From contig CDRNVI010000045.1 in NCBI GenBank assembly GCA_977017575.1, positions 124,001-188,000 on the forward strand: a stretch of DNA of 64,000 nt, read 5' to 3'. Under the pieces are notes generated by a model. That model saw only the letters and a list, made by a program, of their open reading frames with translations. It made no database searches and was not told the origin of the DNA. Source of the DNA: Paramoeba atlantica. Taxonomy: Eukaryota; Protista; Discosea. The position numbers and the translations under genes are program-made. Positions 1 through 10,000 of the stretch are shown here, piece by piece. Each line of letters opens with the position of its first letter. Position 1 is the stretch's first letter.

Positions 1-972
1 TATTATTTTCCATGTGCCCCCCCTTTTATTAGGGCCTTTTGCCCAAAATCGGAGTCCTATTAAATAGGGGGGGATAGTAGTTACTAATGTAACTGATTCA
101 TAGGATACTATAATATTATTTCGATTGTTGAACGCCCATAGTAGAATATGCCTGGAGAAGCACTCCGAGGACTTACACGACACCGAGTAAAAACCACAGG
201 AATTTGTGTCGACCACCTTCGGTTGCGGGCATCCGATCTGTGCTAGCGTATATCCTTGTACCTCACCTTTTACGAACATCGCCGTTTCGTCCCCGAAAAA
301 AGCAAAACGATATTTCCGAACAGCATTCTGAAGGTAAAATTTTTGCGCCCACTGTGATATCCTATGTTCCACGTCTGCCGGAGCCAGGCACTGTATCCTT
401 CCCCACCTTCTCCAAACCCACCCATAATGCTTCCGAAAGCGTGCATATGTGTCTTTCAATGCTGAAACCGAAGTCAACTTCGTGTTTTGGCGTATTAGAT
501 CGATTACAATGGATTTGGTCAAGGGACACCACAAGGAAGATGCCTTTTCACAAGCACGATGAACTTCACACATTGCCTCTGCCTTATTGTACGTGACAGA
601 CTCCGGGTCGTTGTAATCACCTCCTTTGGTGTTAAACCCTCTGTTACGATGCTGGTTCCCCATATCTCGATTTATTAATTTTTGATAATTCAATATCCCA
701 GTCGCACGGATGTCGTACACTGTTCTCTGAGATATCCCGTACTTTTCTCGAATAGCCTTCACCGAATCCTGGGATCGACAAATCTCGCGTTTGTCGTAAA
801 TTGTGAGTTCAACTCGCTGCCGCTTTTTTTCGTTTACCGTTGGAGGTGCATTCGTTTGTAGAACAGGTGCCCGTTCCCCTACCTGGGGGGAGGGTGGCGC
901 TGACCGAGCCCAACTCGACAGCGGACCTTTTATCATATGCACGGTTGTCGGTACACCGTCCGTGTGCGGCAT
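1..972 (-). mobile_element. pogo/Tigger-like transposase ORF, running off the left edge of the window (absent from the ORF track)
   Basis: Hand translation from the ATG at 972 stays open to base 1: MPHTDG...KKRQRVELTIYDKREICRSQDSVKAIREKYGISQRTVYDIR (psq/CENP-B-like HTH) ... YARFRKHYGW ... FFGDETAMF (first catalytic Asp of a DDE_1-type domain). Confidence 0.6.
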
Positions 973-1103
973 GTGTTGACGAAGAGAAACAGAAAGAGCA
1001 GATAGAGAAAGCTAAAAAGTCTACAGTATTGAGTAACTTAATGTTGGAAGTTGGTAGCCTAAGTGACTTTCCAAACAGAATAAAAAAAGAAAAAATCAAA
1101 TCG

Positions 1104-1240
1104 GTCCCACCACACGAACTTTCTTCAGCTTCAATTTTGTGCATATTAAAGGGGGGGTCCCACCACACAAATTTTCTTCAGCCTCAATTTTGTGCATATT
1201 AAAGGGGGGTAAGGGGGGGGGTGCATATTAAAGGGGGGGT
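1104..1240. repeat. Short tandem duplication, about 55 bp x2, with GTGCATATTAAAGGGGGG x3
   Basis: GGTCCCACCACAC...TTCTTCAGC.TCAATTTTGTGCATATTAAAGGGGGG occurs twice, followed by a third GTGCATATTAAAGGGGGG. Confidence 0.8.
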
Positions 1241-1260
1241 CACAGTATTGGGTAAGACTC

Positions 1261-1930
1261 CAACACTATAATTTTGGGGCAACAACGTTGGAGCTGCAAC
1301 GAAACGTCGCGCTCCAGTGTGTAAAGTATGGGGATACCCATAATGGCCGCGAGCAGTCTTGGCAGAGTCGCTTTGTTAATATAATGAAGTGTATAAAAGA
1401 CAACTCCGGTTTTCCCATTCCCGAAGAATTTGAGGAACTCAGTTCCGATAGTTGCGCATCAGACTACGAGGGATGACGCTTTTTATAATATTTGTTCATA
1501 CGCAGTCTTTTTTTGTGTATTACTTATTTTGCTGGGACTCAGGGCTCAACCTGACTGGATAAAAAAACAAGAAAAAATAAAAAAACTAAAACAAAATTGT
1601 TTTGGGCGCAAGAATACCATGTAAGCAAGGTTTAATCCTTCAAGGCATAAAGATGCTGTTTCTGTACGTGTCCTCACGATCCCTATTACTGCGCGCAAGG
1701 GCTATAACCTTTTCCAACGGTAATTCAGTCTCGCTTACAATAAAAAACCTAGCTCCGTTCGTCGAGCTTTTTTTACAAAAGAAATTGCGTTTTTATTCAT
1801 CGAACAGGGCATCCTGTTCGATGAATGATTCATCGAACGGGTCGTACTGCAATCCATTCATCGAATAGAATGTCCTGTTCGATGAATATTCATCGAACGC
1901 ATTGTCCGTTCGATGAATATTCATCGAGTG
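1261..1930 (+). mobile_element. 3' fragment of a Merlin/IS1595-like element
   Basis: ORF 1288-1476 (RNVALQCVKYGDTHNGREQSWQ) matches the C-terminus of the 18119-18646 transposase (RNVALQCAKLGDVHNGRETAWQ). Downstream DNA 1530-1660 matches 18720-18862. TTCGATGA/TCATCGAA dyads lie at 1817-1928. Confidence 0.7.
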
Positions 1931-2375
1931 CCCCCCCTCCCCCAAGGTTTATTACTAATAAGACTGGACGAATTTAGCTCGACTTTCTGTATCAATCCGA
2001 GCGACTAGGCATTGAAAAATTTCTACGAAATTTCTACGATTCCAGTGCAAATCATTGACAAAAAAATATAGGTAGACAAAGGTAGGGAAAAATAAATATA
2101 TAGTTACCTTAAAGTACCTATAATAAAGTTTTATAGTTATTCGGACCCCTGCTAACAAGCTATATCAAAGTACAGTAGAAAAATTAAGAATCTTCAGCCC
2201 GCATATTCCTGAAACATACATGTATTCCTCTAAGAAGTCGCTCAGAAAATATTTGATAAGAGAGGCAATAACAAGTGAAAAGTTGAACGTGAGAACATAG
2301 CGTAGAATGAGAAAGTTTGGAATTCAAAAACATTAATTACTTATCATCTGATTGCCTTATCAGGAGCATTTTCAC

Positions 2376-3323
2376 CTACATGAGATAGTGACGTATGACA
2401 TTTCCATCAACATCATACTCCCACCACTCGCTTAGGTCAGTGGAATCATCGGAACAGTCGATTTCTTTGTCTTGTGGGAGGTATAACAGATCTCGTGGGG
2501 CCGATTCCTCTGCGGAATAGCCTTCTAATTCATTTTTTCGAACATCTAGCCTCAACCCACCTTTCAAGTGTTCCTCGTGTAAAGCAGGAAAAATTATTTT
2601 TCCACTAAACCGATTCCAACCCAAGTTCAATTCTTTTATCGAGAGAGGAATATTACGAAAATGAAGTTCACCTTCAAGTTGGTTATGTGCCAAGTTAACG
2701 AGTCTCATGTACTGCGGAAGGTGCTCCAAGTCTACGGGGCCTATAAAATGGTTACGCGAGGCGTCGAGCTCGAGGAGTGTTTGGGGGAGAACGTTAAGCT
2801 CTACCGTGCCTCCCAGTCGATTACGGTAAATACGGAGAGTGCGAAGAGCAGGTGGAAGGGCGTCCCAAGTTACATTGCCATGGATACCCAGGTGATGTGT
2901 CACTGTAATGCGAGCGAGTGAGGGAGGCAAATACCTCCAGTCGAGTTCTCCTTCTAAGCTCAGTGGGAGATCCTTGCGCTTTGTGACAGTCCCTTCGTCA
3001 CCTTCTAGGTAGACTTTCTTTAGACGAAGCACAAATTTTGACCAGTCTAGGGCGATAACACGCCTCTCGTCGTTACATGCAATGCCCATCCACGTACAAA
3101 CGGATACAGAGACCTCTCGCCGAAACCAGTTCTTCTTTATCAAGCGCCATGATGGGTGTTTGTAGTCAAGCGGTTCAGCGAATCTTCGCAATAGTTCTTC
3201 TTGCGGAAGGCCACTTGAAAAAACTTTTCCGCGGCGAAGGTCTGACCCGTCATCTACACATTGTAGACATAAAATTTGTGTTAGAGACGAGAAGTACCCG
3301 ATTGCTGCGTCCATGAGAAACAA
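2376..3323 (-). CDS. Leucine-rich repeat protein (LRRNT cap CTWMGIACN plus LP..L..L.L..N.L.G repeats)
   Basis: 315-aa ORF with repeated LPxxLxxLxLxxNxFxG motifs; paralogous to the three other LRR loci in the window. Confidence 0.85.
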   Translation of the reverse strand: MFLMDAAIGYFSSLTQILCLQCVDDGSDLRRGKVFSSGLPQEELLRRFAEPLDYKHPSWRLIKKNWFRREVSVSVCTWMGIACNDERRVIALDWSKFVLRLKKVYLEGDEGTVTKRKDLPLSLEGELDWRYLPPSLARITVTHHLGIHGNVTWDALPPALRTLRIYRNRLGGTVELNVLPQTLLELDASRNHFIGPVDLEHLPQYMRLVNLAHNQLEGELHFRNIPLSIKELNLGWNRFSGKIIFPALHEEHLKGGLRLDVRKNELEGYSAEESAPRDLLYLPQDKEIDCSDDSTDLSEWWEYDVDGNVIRHYLM

Positions 3324-3492
3324 ATAGGAACAAGGTACTATAAAGAAAATAGGGGATTACGCGACACACCTCTTCCAGACAGAAACCTACCTTCAAAGGA
3401 TAAGAAATTGTTCACCAAGTTCAAGAAAAAAGAAACGACCCTGACACTTCAGGCATAGAACTAATGAACACAAATGCATTTTAGCTAACGAG

Positions 3493-6303
3493 TCAATCAC
3501 AGAAAAGCACTTCGGGGCGTGCCTGCCCTAATTCTCCTCCCGACGCCGCAATCTCAAGTTCGACTGGTACCGACCCTTCCTGGGTTTGTCGTATGATTGT
3601 TTCGTCCTCCTCAAGCACAATCTCTGTATCATCGACAACTTCCGTCGCATTTGCACGTGCGCCGGTTCGTTGTACCTGCTTCACATGACACACCTCTACC
3701 GAAACTCCAGCACTTAAGAAGACATGGTGCCACGCCCGCTGGCTGTCACTTAAACTGTCATTCGGAGCCTTCACCTCCACACAATGCAGCCCCGGAGCCA
3801 CCCCCTCCCCTTGCGTCCACAGCCACACATCCGGAAGCCCACCAAACGAGAACTCCGCAAGAATATGCCGAAAAATCGGCACCAAACTCCCCGTCGCCAC
3901 CAGCGCTGCCGCAACCCTCGAAAGCACCTCCGGGCTCACCCCCCTCCCCCCCTGCTCGCCTCTCCCCCCCACCCCCCTCCCCCCTCCCCCACACAACCCC
4001 ACCACATACCGCTCCACCTGGCTCGGGGAAACCCTCTCCAACCTCCCCAGCATCCTCCGTATCCGGTTCTTCCGTAGCCGCACAAACAGCTCCGTGCCGT
4101 ACTCCACCGGGGTCTCCCCCACCCCACACGGGAAGCACGCACTCCTCACCCGGGCCAGCCCCCCCTCCCCCCGTCCCTCCCCCGCGCGGGCCACCGGGCG
4201 GAACACCACCGCGAACAGGGCCTGGAGGATCCCCCCCTCGCAGTGGGACCCGTGCCACGGGGGCCCTCTCCTTCGTAACTGGTGGCACAGCACGAGATGT
4301 TCCACGGAGGAGAGGGCGTGGGGGGAGACGTCGGGGGGCTCCGCGGCCATCGTGGCAGGGAGCCACAGACGTCGGGGGGGGAAGGCGTGGCTGCGACGGG
4401 CGGAGAGGGCGACCCGCGGGGCCGCACGGAGGGGGGGGTGTTGCATGAGGGTGGAGAGAAGGGTAAGGGGGGAGGGAGAAGACAGAGAAGATAAAGAAGA
4501 GAGAGACGAAGAGGAGGAGGAGGAGCCCCAGGCGTGGGGGGGGCGGGAGAGGGAGCGGGCGGTGCGGTGGAGGGCGAGGAGATCACGGAGACGGAGGGGG
4601 AGGGGGAGGGGAGGGGGAGAGTTAGGGGGTTGAGGGAAGAGTCCAGGACAGTGAATCCCGGTGTGGCGTTCGTAACGGTCGTAAGGTGGGGGAGGGGGGG
4701 TGAGGGGGTAACGTTGGAGGTGGGTGGTGAGGAGGGAGAGGGCGGATTGGGGCTTGCCTTGTTTGGAGAGGGAGAGCATGAGGCGGTGGAGGAAGAAACC
4801 GCGGCGAAGGGGGCGGAAGTGGGGATGGGCGAGGAGAGTGGACCAGAGGGTGGCGGCGGTGGGGTGGTCCTTGACGAGCTCGGCGCACTGCGCAACGGAG
4901 AGGGCGAGTTGCAGGGCGAGGTAAGGGGGTTGTAGGGGGCGTAAAATTTCATCACGCAGGGGTAGAGTTTCCGTAGGATTTCTTGAGGAAGCCTGGGGGG
5001 ACAGAGGATCGGGATACAGCGTCGTATGCTCTTTGATGAACGATATTTTCTGCTGTAGCCACTCCGAACTTAGCAGTTCTCTTCGCCGCGACAATAGGAT
5101 ACCTTCCGCCTCCCAACCCTCTCGCAGAGCACGCACGGCCTTCATAAAATGCTCTGCAGTGCTCCATACCTCGCTGTTCAGAATTTCATGTACGGATGAG
5201 TCCAATGAGTGCATCGCTCCGGTATCTTTGTTTGGAGTGTTCATCCTTTCTGGAGTACGTGTTGGAGTGTTGTGAGACGTAAAGGTCTGTATTTCGTTCG
5301 GAACTTGTGAATAACTGTCACGATCTTCGAGTATGGATGTCTGCGAGTACGTCACTTGTTGCTCTACCAAGATTTCAGGTATCGACTTTCCTGGCGAGTC
5401 TTGCGATGCATAGTCCTTTGAGACAACACGCGGGTTCCCTTCCTCTTCTAACAACGATGTCACGTGATACGCACGCTGATGTAACCCTCCCAGTGCCTCG
5501 TGAAGGAATAAATTAGCTCTGTCGTGAGATTTTCGTGACCCCCAAGGACGGATGTGTGCCACTTGAGTACACTTGTTCACACAGAGATAGATCGCTTCAC
5601 AACAGAGAATATACGCCGCCTTGACCGGAGGTGGGATGTACCAAAACGTTGGACAGCTTTCACCTTCGTACTGTTCATCTTCGGTTGAAATTTCCAAGAA
5701 AAGCTTCATGAGGCGTCGTCTCCTCGCCTCGGTTACCATTGTCCTTAGGCATTCCTGTAGTTTCTGTTTAGATGAAACACCCGAACGCGGCGCTTTATTT
5801 ACGGATATTTTTGTTTCTAACTGGGAAATCACAATTTTCAGCTGATCGACGGTCAAAATATCTACACAGTGATCTAGCACCTCAAACGAACGTTTTCGAC
5901 GTTTCCCTCGCCTCACCTCCCCAGGACTCGTCAAAAGTTCATCGCAAATATTTTCTACATGCGAAAATCGTACTTCTCCGGCCTCATAAGTTGCCGCGTT
6001 CACCGGCAAAAGAAACCGATACTCGCGAAGTTGACGAAGGGCAGAGGCATTTAAATCGGGATAGCGATTAAATAAATCGCGAACGACAAAAAGATTCGGG
6101 CGTCGTAATAGAAGTAAATTTGCTACAGAAGAGAATGAGCCCTCGGCAACACTGAGTAAAGTACACAGCGAAGATCGCCCGATTGTTGTGTTCTGTAGAA
6201 ATTGATAGGTTCCAATCCGCTGATTCTCTTGCAAAAGTCTTTGAAGGATTAGCTGGTACTCTCCATCCGGAACGCGAGAGTCGGACTCTACGTTGGGGCA
6301 CAT
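3493..6303 (-). CDS. FAN1: FAN1-like VRR-NUC structure-specific nuclease
   Basis: C-terminal GGLPDVWLW...VEVKAPNDSLSDSQRAWH (VRR-NUC PD-(D/E)xK), HCEGGILQALF motif, SAP-like LTVDQLK segment; 936 aa, no introns. Confidence 0.85.
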   Translation of the reverse strand: MCPNVESDSRVPDGEYQLILQRLLQENQRIGTYQFLQNTTIGRSSLCTLLSVAEGSFSSVANLLLLRRPNLFVVRDLFNRYPDLNASALRQLREYRFLLPVNAATYEAGEVRFSHVENICDELLTSPGEVRRGKRRKRSFEVLDHCVDILTVDQLKIVISQLETKISVNKAPRSGVSSKQKLQECLRTMVTEARRRRLMKLFLEISTEDEQYEGESCPTFWYIPPPVKAAYILCCEAIYLCVNKCTQVAHIRPWGSRKSHDRANLFLHEALGGLHQRAYHVTSLLEEEGNPRVVSKDYASQDSPGKSIPEILVEQQVTYSQTSILEDRDSYSQVPNEIQTFTSHNTPTRTPERMNTPNKDTGAMHSLDSSVHEILNSEVWSTAEHFMKAVRALREGWEAEGILLSRRRELLSSEWLQQKISFIKEHTTLYPDPLSPQASSRNPTETLPLRDEILRPLQPPYLALQLALSVAQCAELVKDHPTAATLWSTLLAHPHFRPLRRGFFLHRLMLSLSKQGKPQSALSLLTTHLQRYPLTPPPPPYDRYERHTGIHCPGLFPQPPNSPPPLPLPLRLRDLLALHRTARSLSRPPHAWGSSSSSSSLSSLSSLSSPSPLTLLSTLMQHPPLRAAPRVALSARRSHAFPPRRLWLPATMAAEPPDVSPHALSSVEHLVLCHQLRRRGPPWHGSHCEGGILQALFAVVFRPVARAGEGRGEGGLARVRSACFPCGVGETPVEYGTELFVRLRKNRIRRMLGRLERVSPSQVERYVVGLCGGGGRGVGGRGEQGGRGVSPEVLSRVAAALVATGSLVPIFRHILAEFSFGGLPDVWLWTQGEGVAPGLHCVEVKAPNDSLSDSQRAWHHVFLSAGVSVEVCHVKQVQRTGARANATEVVDDTEIVLEEDETIIRQTQEGSVPVELEIAASGGELGQARPEVLFCD

Positions 6304-6414
6304 ATTTGTATCCTACAGTATGGATATTGTAAATAATCCGAATAGTTTGTGGCGCGTCAAGAATAGAAACAGCACATTACATCAGATATTCAATTTTTGT
6401 TAATTTTTCTGTTC

Positions 6415-6513
6415 TTAGCTCTTCGTTAAACGCGGAGGTAGTTTTCAACGCGCAGCACGCAGCAGTGGTGCCTTCTATGTTGAAAACAACCACCGCTTTT
6501 AACGCAGAGCCTA
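6415..6513. mobile_element. About 100-bp palindromic MITE-like unit (TAGGCTCTTCGTTAAACGCGG...CCGCGTTTAACGAAGAGCCTA family)
   Basis: Imperfect inverted arms of about 35 bp around a spacer of about 30 bp; homologous copies at 15872-15970, 16328-16422, 20460-20558 and 49283-49381. Confidence 0.75.
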
Positions 6514-7075
6514 AAAAATAAAAATCCTACATGCACATTGATGGAACAAATAACAAAAAAGGAGACACAAAAATTCTCCAGAAGAAACAAGTTATCCGTC
6601 GTCTGGATCCGTCCGTAGTGGGGCGCATGCCGTATTCTCCTATTGAACTGCTCTTTGTTGCGGCATAAGGTTAGAAAAAAAAGAACCAGCGTTATAAAGA
6701 GTCAGCGCTTTTCAGTTACAAGGAGAATGCAGAGTGATTATCTGTCCGCAGCAAAGTATGTTGCCGAACACGACTAAAAATATAATGCACAGAGCTAAAT
6801 GAAGAACGCCGACGCGAGAGAAGTTAAATATCTCATCACAAGCCTCGAAACGCCAAGAGACCACAAGAATTTTATAGCCTGGAAGGCAGGCTGTGGAAAT
6901 TCGAACGAAGCTCTCGAACATCCATTATTTCCCAACAAGGTCGAACGTGTTGTATGCAAATTTCCAAATTTCAAGGCCACAAGGATATGATAGTTTCGAA
7001 GGCCCCTGTGTGGAATTTCGACCATAGCACTCTTCTTCGACCGCGGCTCTTTAACGTCCATCCCTCCCCTCCCCG

Positions 7076-10000
7076 CTACAAATGAAACAGTGCACACAAA
7101 CTGTCCACAACCCCCCTCTCCGCACTCCTCCCCTCATCCGACCCCACCCACTCCATCACCTTCCTTACCAGTGCCGGACTCTCCTCCGACACCCTCCTCG
7201 CTGCCCTCTGCGGGAGTGTCACCAAATCCCCAACAGTCTTGGGAAAATGTTCCTCCCAATAGCTTACCGTATCCCGCCATACTTGTTGTTGTGCCTCTTG
7301 TTGTTGTTGTTGTTGTCCCTCTCCCCCCTCCCCTCCCCCTCTCCTCTCCCACACCCCCCTGGCCACCAACTCCGGTATCACCTGGGCGCTACACCACGGG
7401 ACCAGCGTCCCGGGGTGCAGCCGTACCGCCAGGGACACGGTGGTCATAAACACAGGGGGCAGCGGGACCCGTTTAAGGAGCTGTTGGAGGGAACCCGCGA
7501 GTCGTTCAGCGGAGTACAGCGGTACCCCTGTTCGAGTAGCAGTAGTAGTAGTAGTCGTACTACTACTACTCTTACTCGTAGCGCTACTACTCGTCGTAGC
7601 CGTAGCGCTACTACCACTACTACTGGACCTCTCCTGTAGGTTACGTACCCCCCGGGGGTGGGTAACGGTGTCCACCCCTACAGGGGGGGACCCCGTGAAC
7701 TGGAGTAGTGTGTGAAGGGCAGTGGTGAGGGAACACGCTGGGGGGATAGCCTCAGGAGTGTGAAGCAGCAGGAGAAGCTCTTCGGGGGAGAACACCGGGC
7801 GGGAGGTCTCAGCGACCGGGAGGAGAAGGTCACGAAGCGCCCGGGAGAAGGCAGAGGGGTGGGAGGTGGCGAGGGGGGGAAGCTGGGGGAGGTAGGTGGA
7901 GCGAAGGAGGGAGGGGGGAAGGAAGGGGAGGAGGGGAAGGAGGTAGTGAATGTCGTGGTGGTGACGGGTGTGGAGTTGGGTACAGACCGCGACGAGGAGG
8001 GAGATGGGAAGGGAGGCGGGAACGACAGTTCGTGGAGGAGTTTCGGCGGACTGCTTTTCTTTCCGGAATGTGTTGCGGAGGGCAGTTGCCATAATATCCA
8101 CCACGCGCTGGATAAGGCGGCTGGAGCTCTCGGGTGCAAGTAGAAGAAAAGTGTACCATCCTGTCTCGGATGCGTATACTGCAAACAGTTGCGCAAGCTC
8201 TGGAAGATCAAGAAAGGTTTCCTCCACAAGGGCAGCTCCACGAGTATGTAGTTCACCTCCTACCTCAAAAATGTCCGCAAGGTATGAAGTATCTCCTTTG
8301 CAGAGCTCGAAAAGTAGAGCACAAAGACGTGCAATTTCTCCCCGTAATTTATCCTTCACAGCCTTTTCTTCTGAGTTCTCCATGCCCATAGACATTTCAG
8401 GCATGGGTGATAAAAGGTTACGGAAACTCTGTTTCGCATGATTTACGATCATGCTCGCAAGACTGCATCTCGTAGGACAGTTCTCGTCTCCATTGTTCAA
8501 GGGCGATAAACTTCCGAGTATCGGGTCGTTCCACACGTGACGAGCAAGAAGTTTCACCGCACCTACACGCAGGGGCTCAATCTCGGACATAGCATAGTGC
8601 AGAAGCAACTGCAGCGACTTTAATCGATACGGTCCTCGATGCCTCATTAACTCAAACAGCGCACGAAGTCCTGAGGCAGTACGAAGACGGAGCAATGCAA
8701 TGTTTCTGTCTTTCGCTACTCCTGCGGATTCCGACGCCGCACTTGAGGGCGACAACGCCTCACAAATGTGTTGGTGAAAAAATTTCCATACAAAGGGCGT
8801 GATGGCTGGAGAGCACAGGAGCACAGAAGAGAGAAGAGAAGAGCCGTAGGTCTCAGGCAACTTTGGCGTCGCGGAGGATGTAGATATCTCCAACGAACAC
8901 CACATGAACCGAACCAAAAACAAATCGTGGAGCGTGGGTTGTTGAGTTTCATACAGAAAGGATAATCCCCCCGTGTGATACTGACTGTAGGCTGCCCCGG
9001 ACTGCGTGGGTTCACCGTGCCCATCTGAAAATGGTTCCTGTTTTATACTCTCACCTGGCAAAGAGTGCTCTGCGTCATTCTCAACAACTCCAATACCCTC
9101 ATCCACTAAGAATTGGGCTTCCACGGGTACGTTGCGAACATCGAGAATAGGACACTGTGCTCCGTACAGCGTGTAGAGGATTTGCACAGCTAGACCCCAA
9201 TAAACGGAAAATGCATCGTGCAGACGACCAAAGAGCTTATCCAACAATAAACTCGTGAAGGGTTCGCCGCAGTGGAGCAACATGCGGGAGAACAGTGCGC
9301 CGGCACGCTCCTGCTCCTCTGCTCCACGAAGTTCAGTATAGCCTTGGAGCATCTCTTCGGTGAGAAGGTGGGACACTTGGTGACGAGCCGCCGAGGTGAC
9401 CATTTGCGTGTGTGCGAGCTCGTCAGCCCGACCTTTGGTAGCAGGAAGAAAGTCAAGTGTCTGACCCAACGGCACATCCGATAGGGAAGAAGGGACGGGC
9501 TGGTGTATGATGGCTTTCATCTCTTTTAATTGGACTTGACCATGGGACGTTTTCTCAGACATTTTTAAGTACAGTTTCTTCAGTGAATCATTCACCAAGG
9601 TGTGAAATGGAAGGAGCTCAATGTACTTGTGTGCCACATTGTTGGTTTGTCCTGCATGTAAACAAAGGTAAAATTCATCAATCAAGTGCTTCGCTGCCAT
9701 GAGTTCGTCCTTATCTCTATTACATTGCTGCATAAGGCTTTTCCAAGCTTCGGAGGTGGTTATAAAGTTAAGTCCAGGCAATTGTTGATCATTGCTAGCA
9801 TCATGTAAAATACGCTCTAAATGAAGAGTTACATAAGTTACGAATCGTCTTGCCATTGGTCGTGTGACGTACAAAAGACGAAACGCATCCAGTGCTGCGC
9901 TAATAACTTGTTGCGCTTGCCCTTGCCTTAGAATCAGTAGCCATATCCTATACAAAAGATCTTCGTACGTTTCAGCATAACTCTCAGCAGATAAAACGTT

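Noticed and set aside
840-1202. Plus-strand 120-aa ORF as a gene
   Set aside because: It is antisense to the pogo-like ORF and runs into tandem-repeat DNA; no motif.
1650-1670. Spliced-leader-like CTGTTTCTGTAC
   Set aside because: Only a short match; there is no AACTAA start or downstream TTG/GT donor, and it lies in Merlin 3' DNA.
3597-4955. Many long overlapping Pro/Gly/Arg-rich ORFs on both strands, also at 7082-8441, 24053-25978, 40453-41608 and 54306-55368
   Set aside because: They are shadow frames of real genes inside GC-rich islands where stop codons are rare; no domain motifs.
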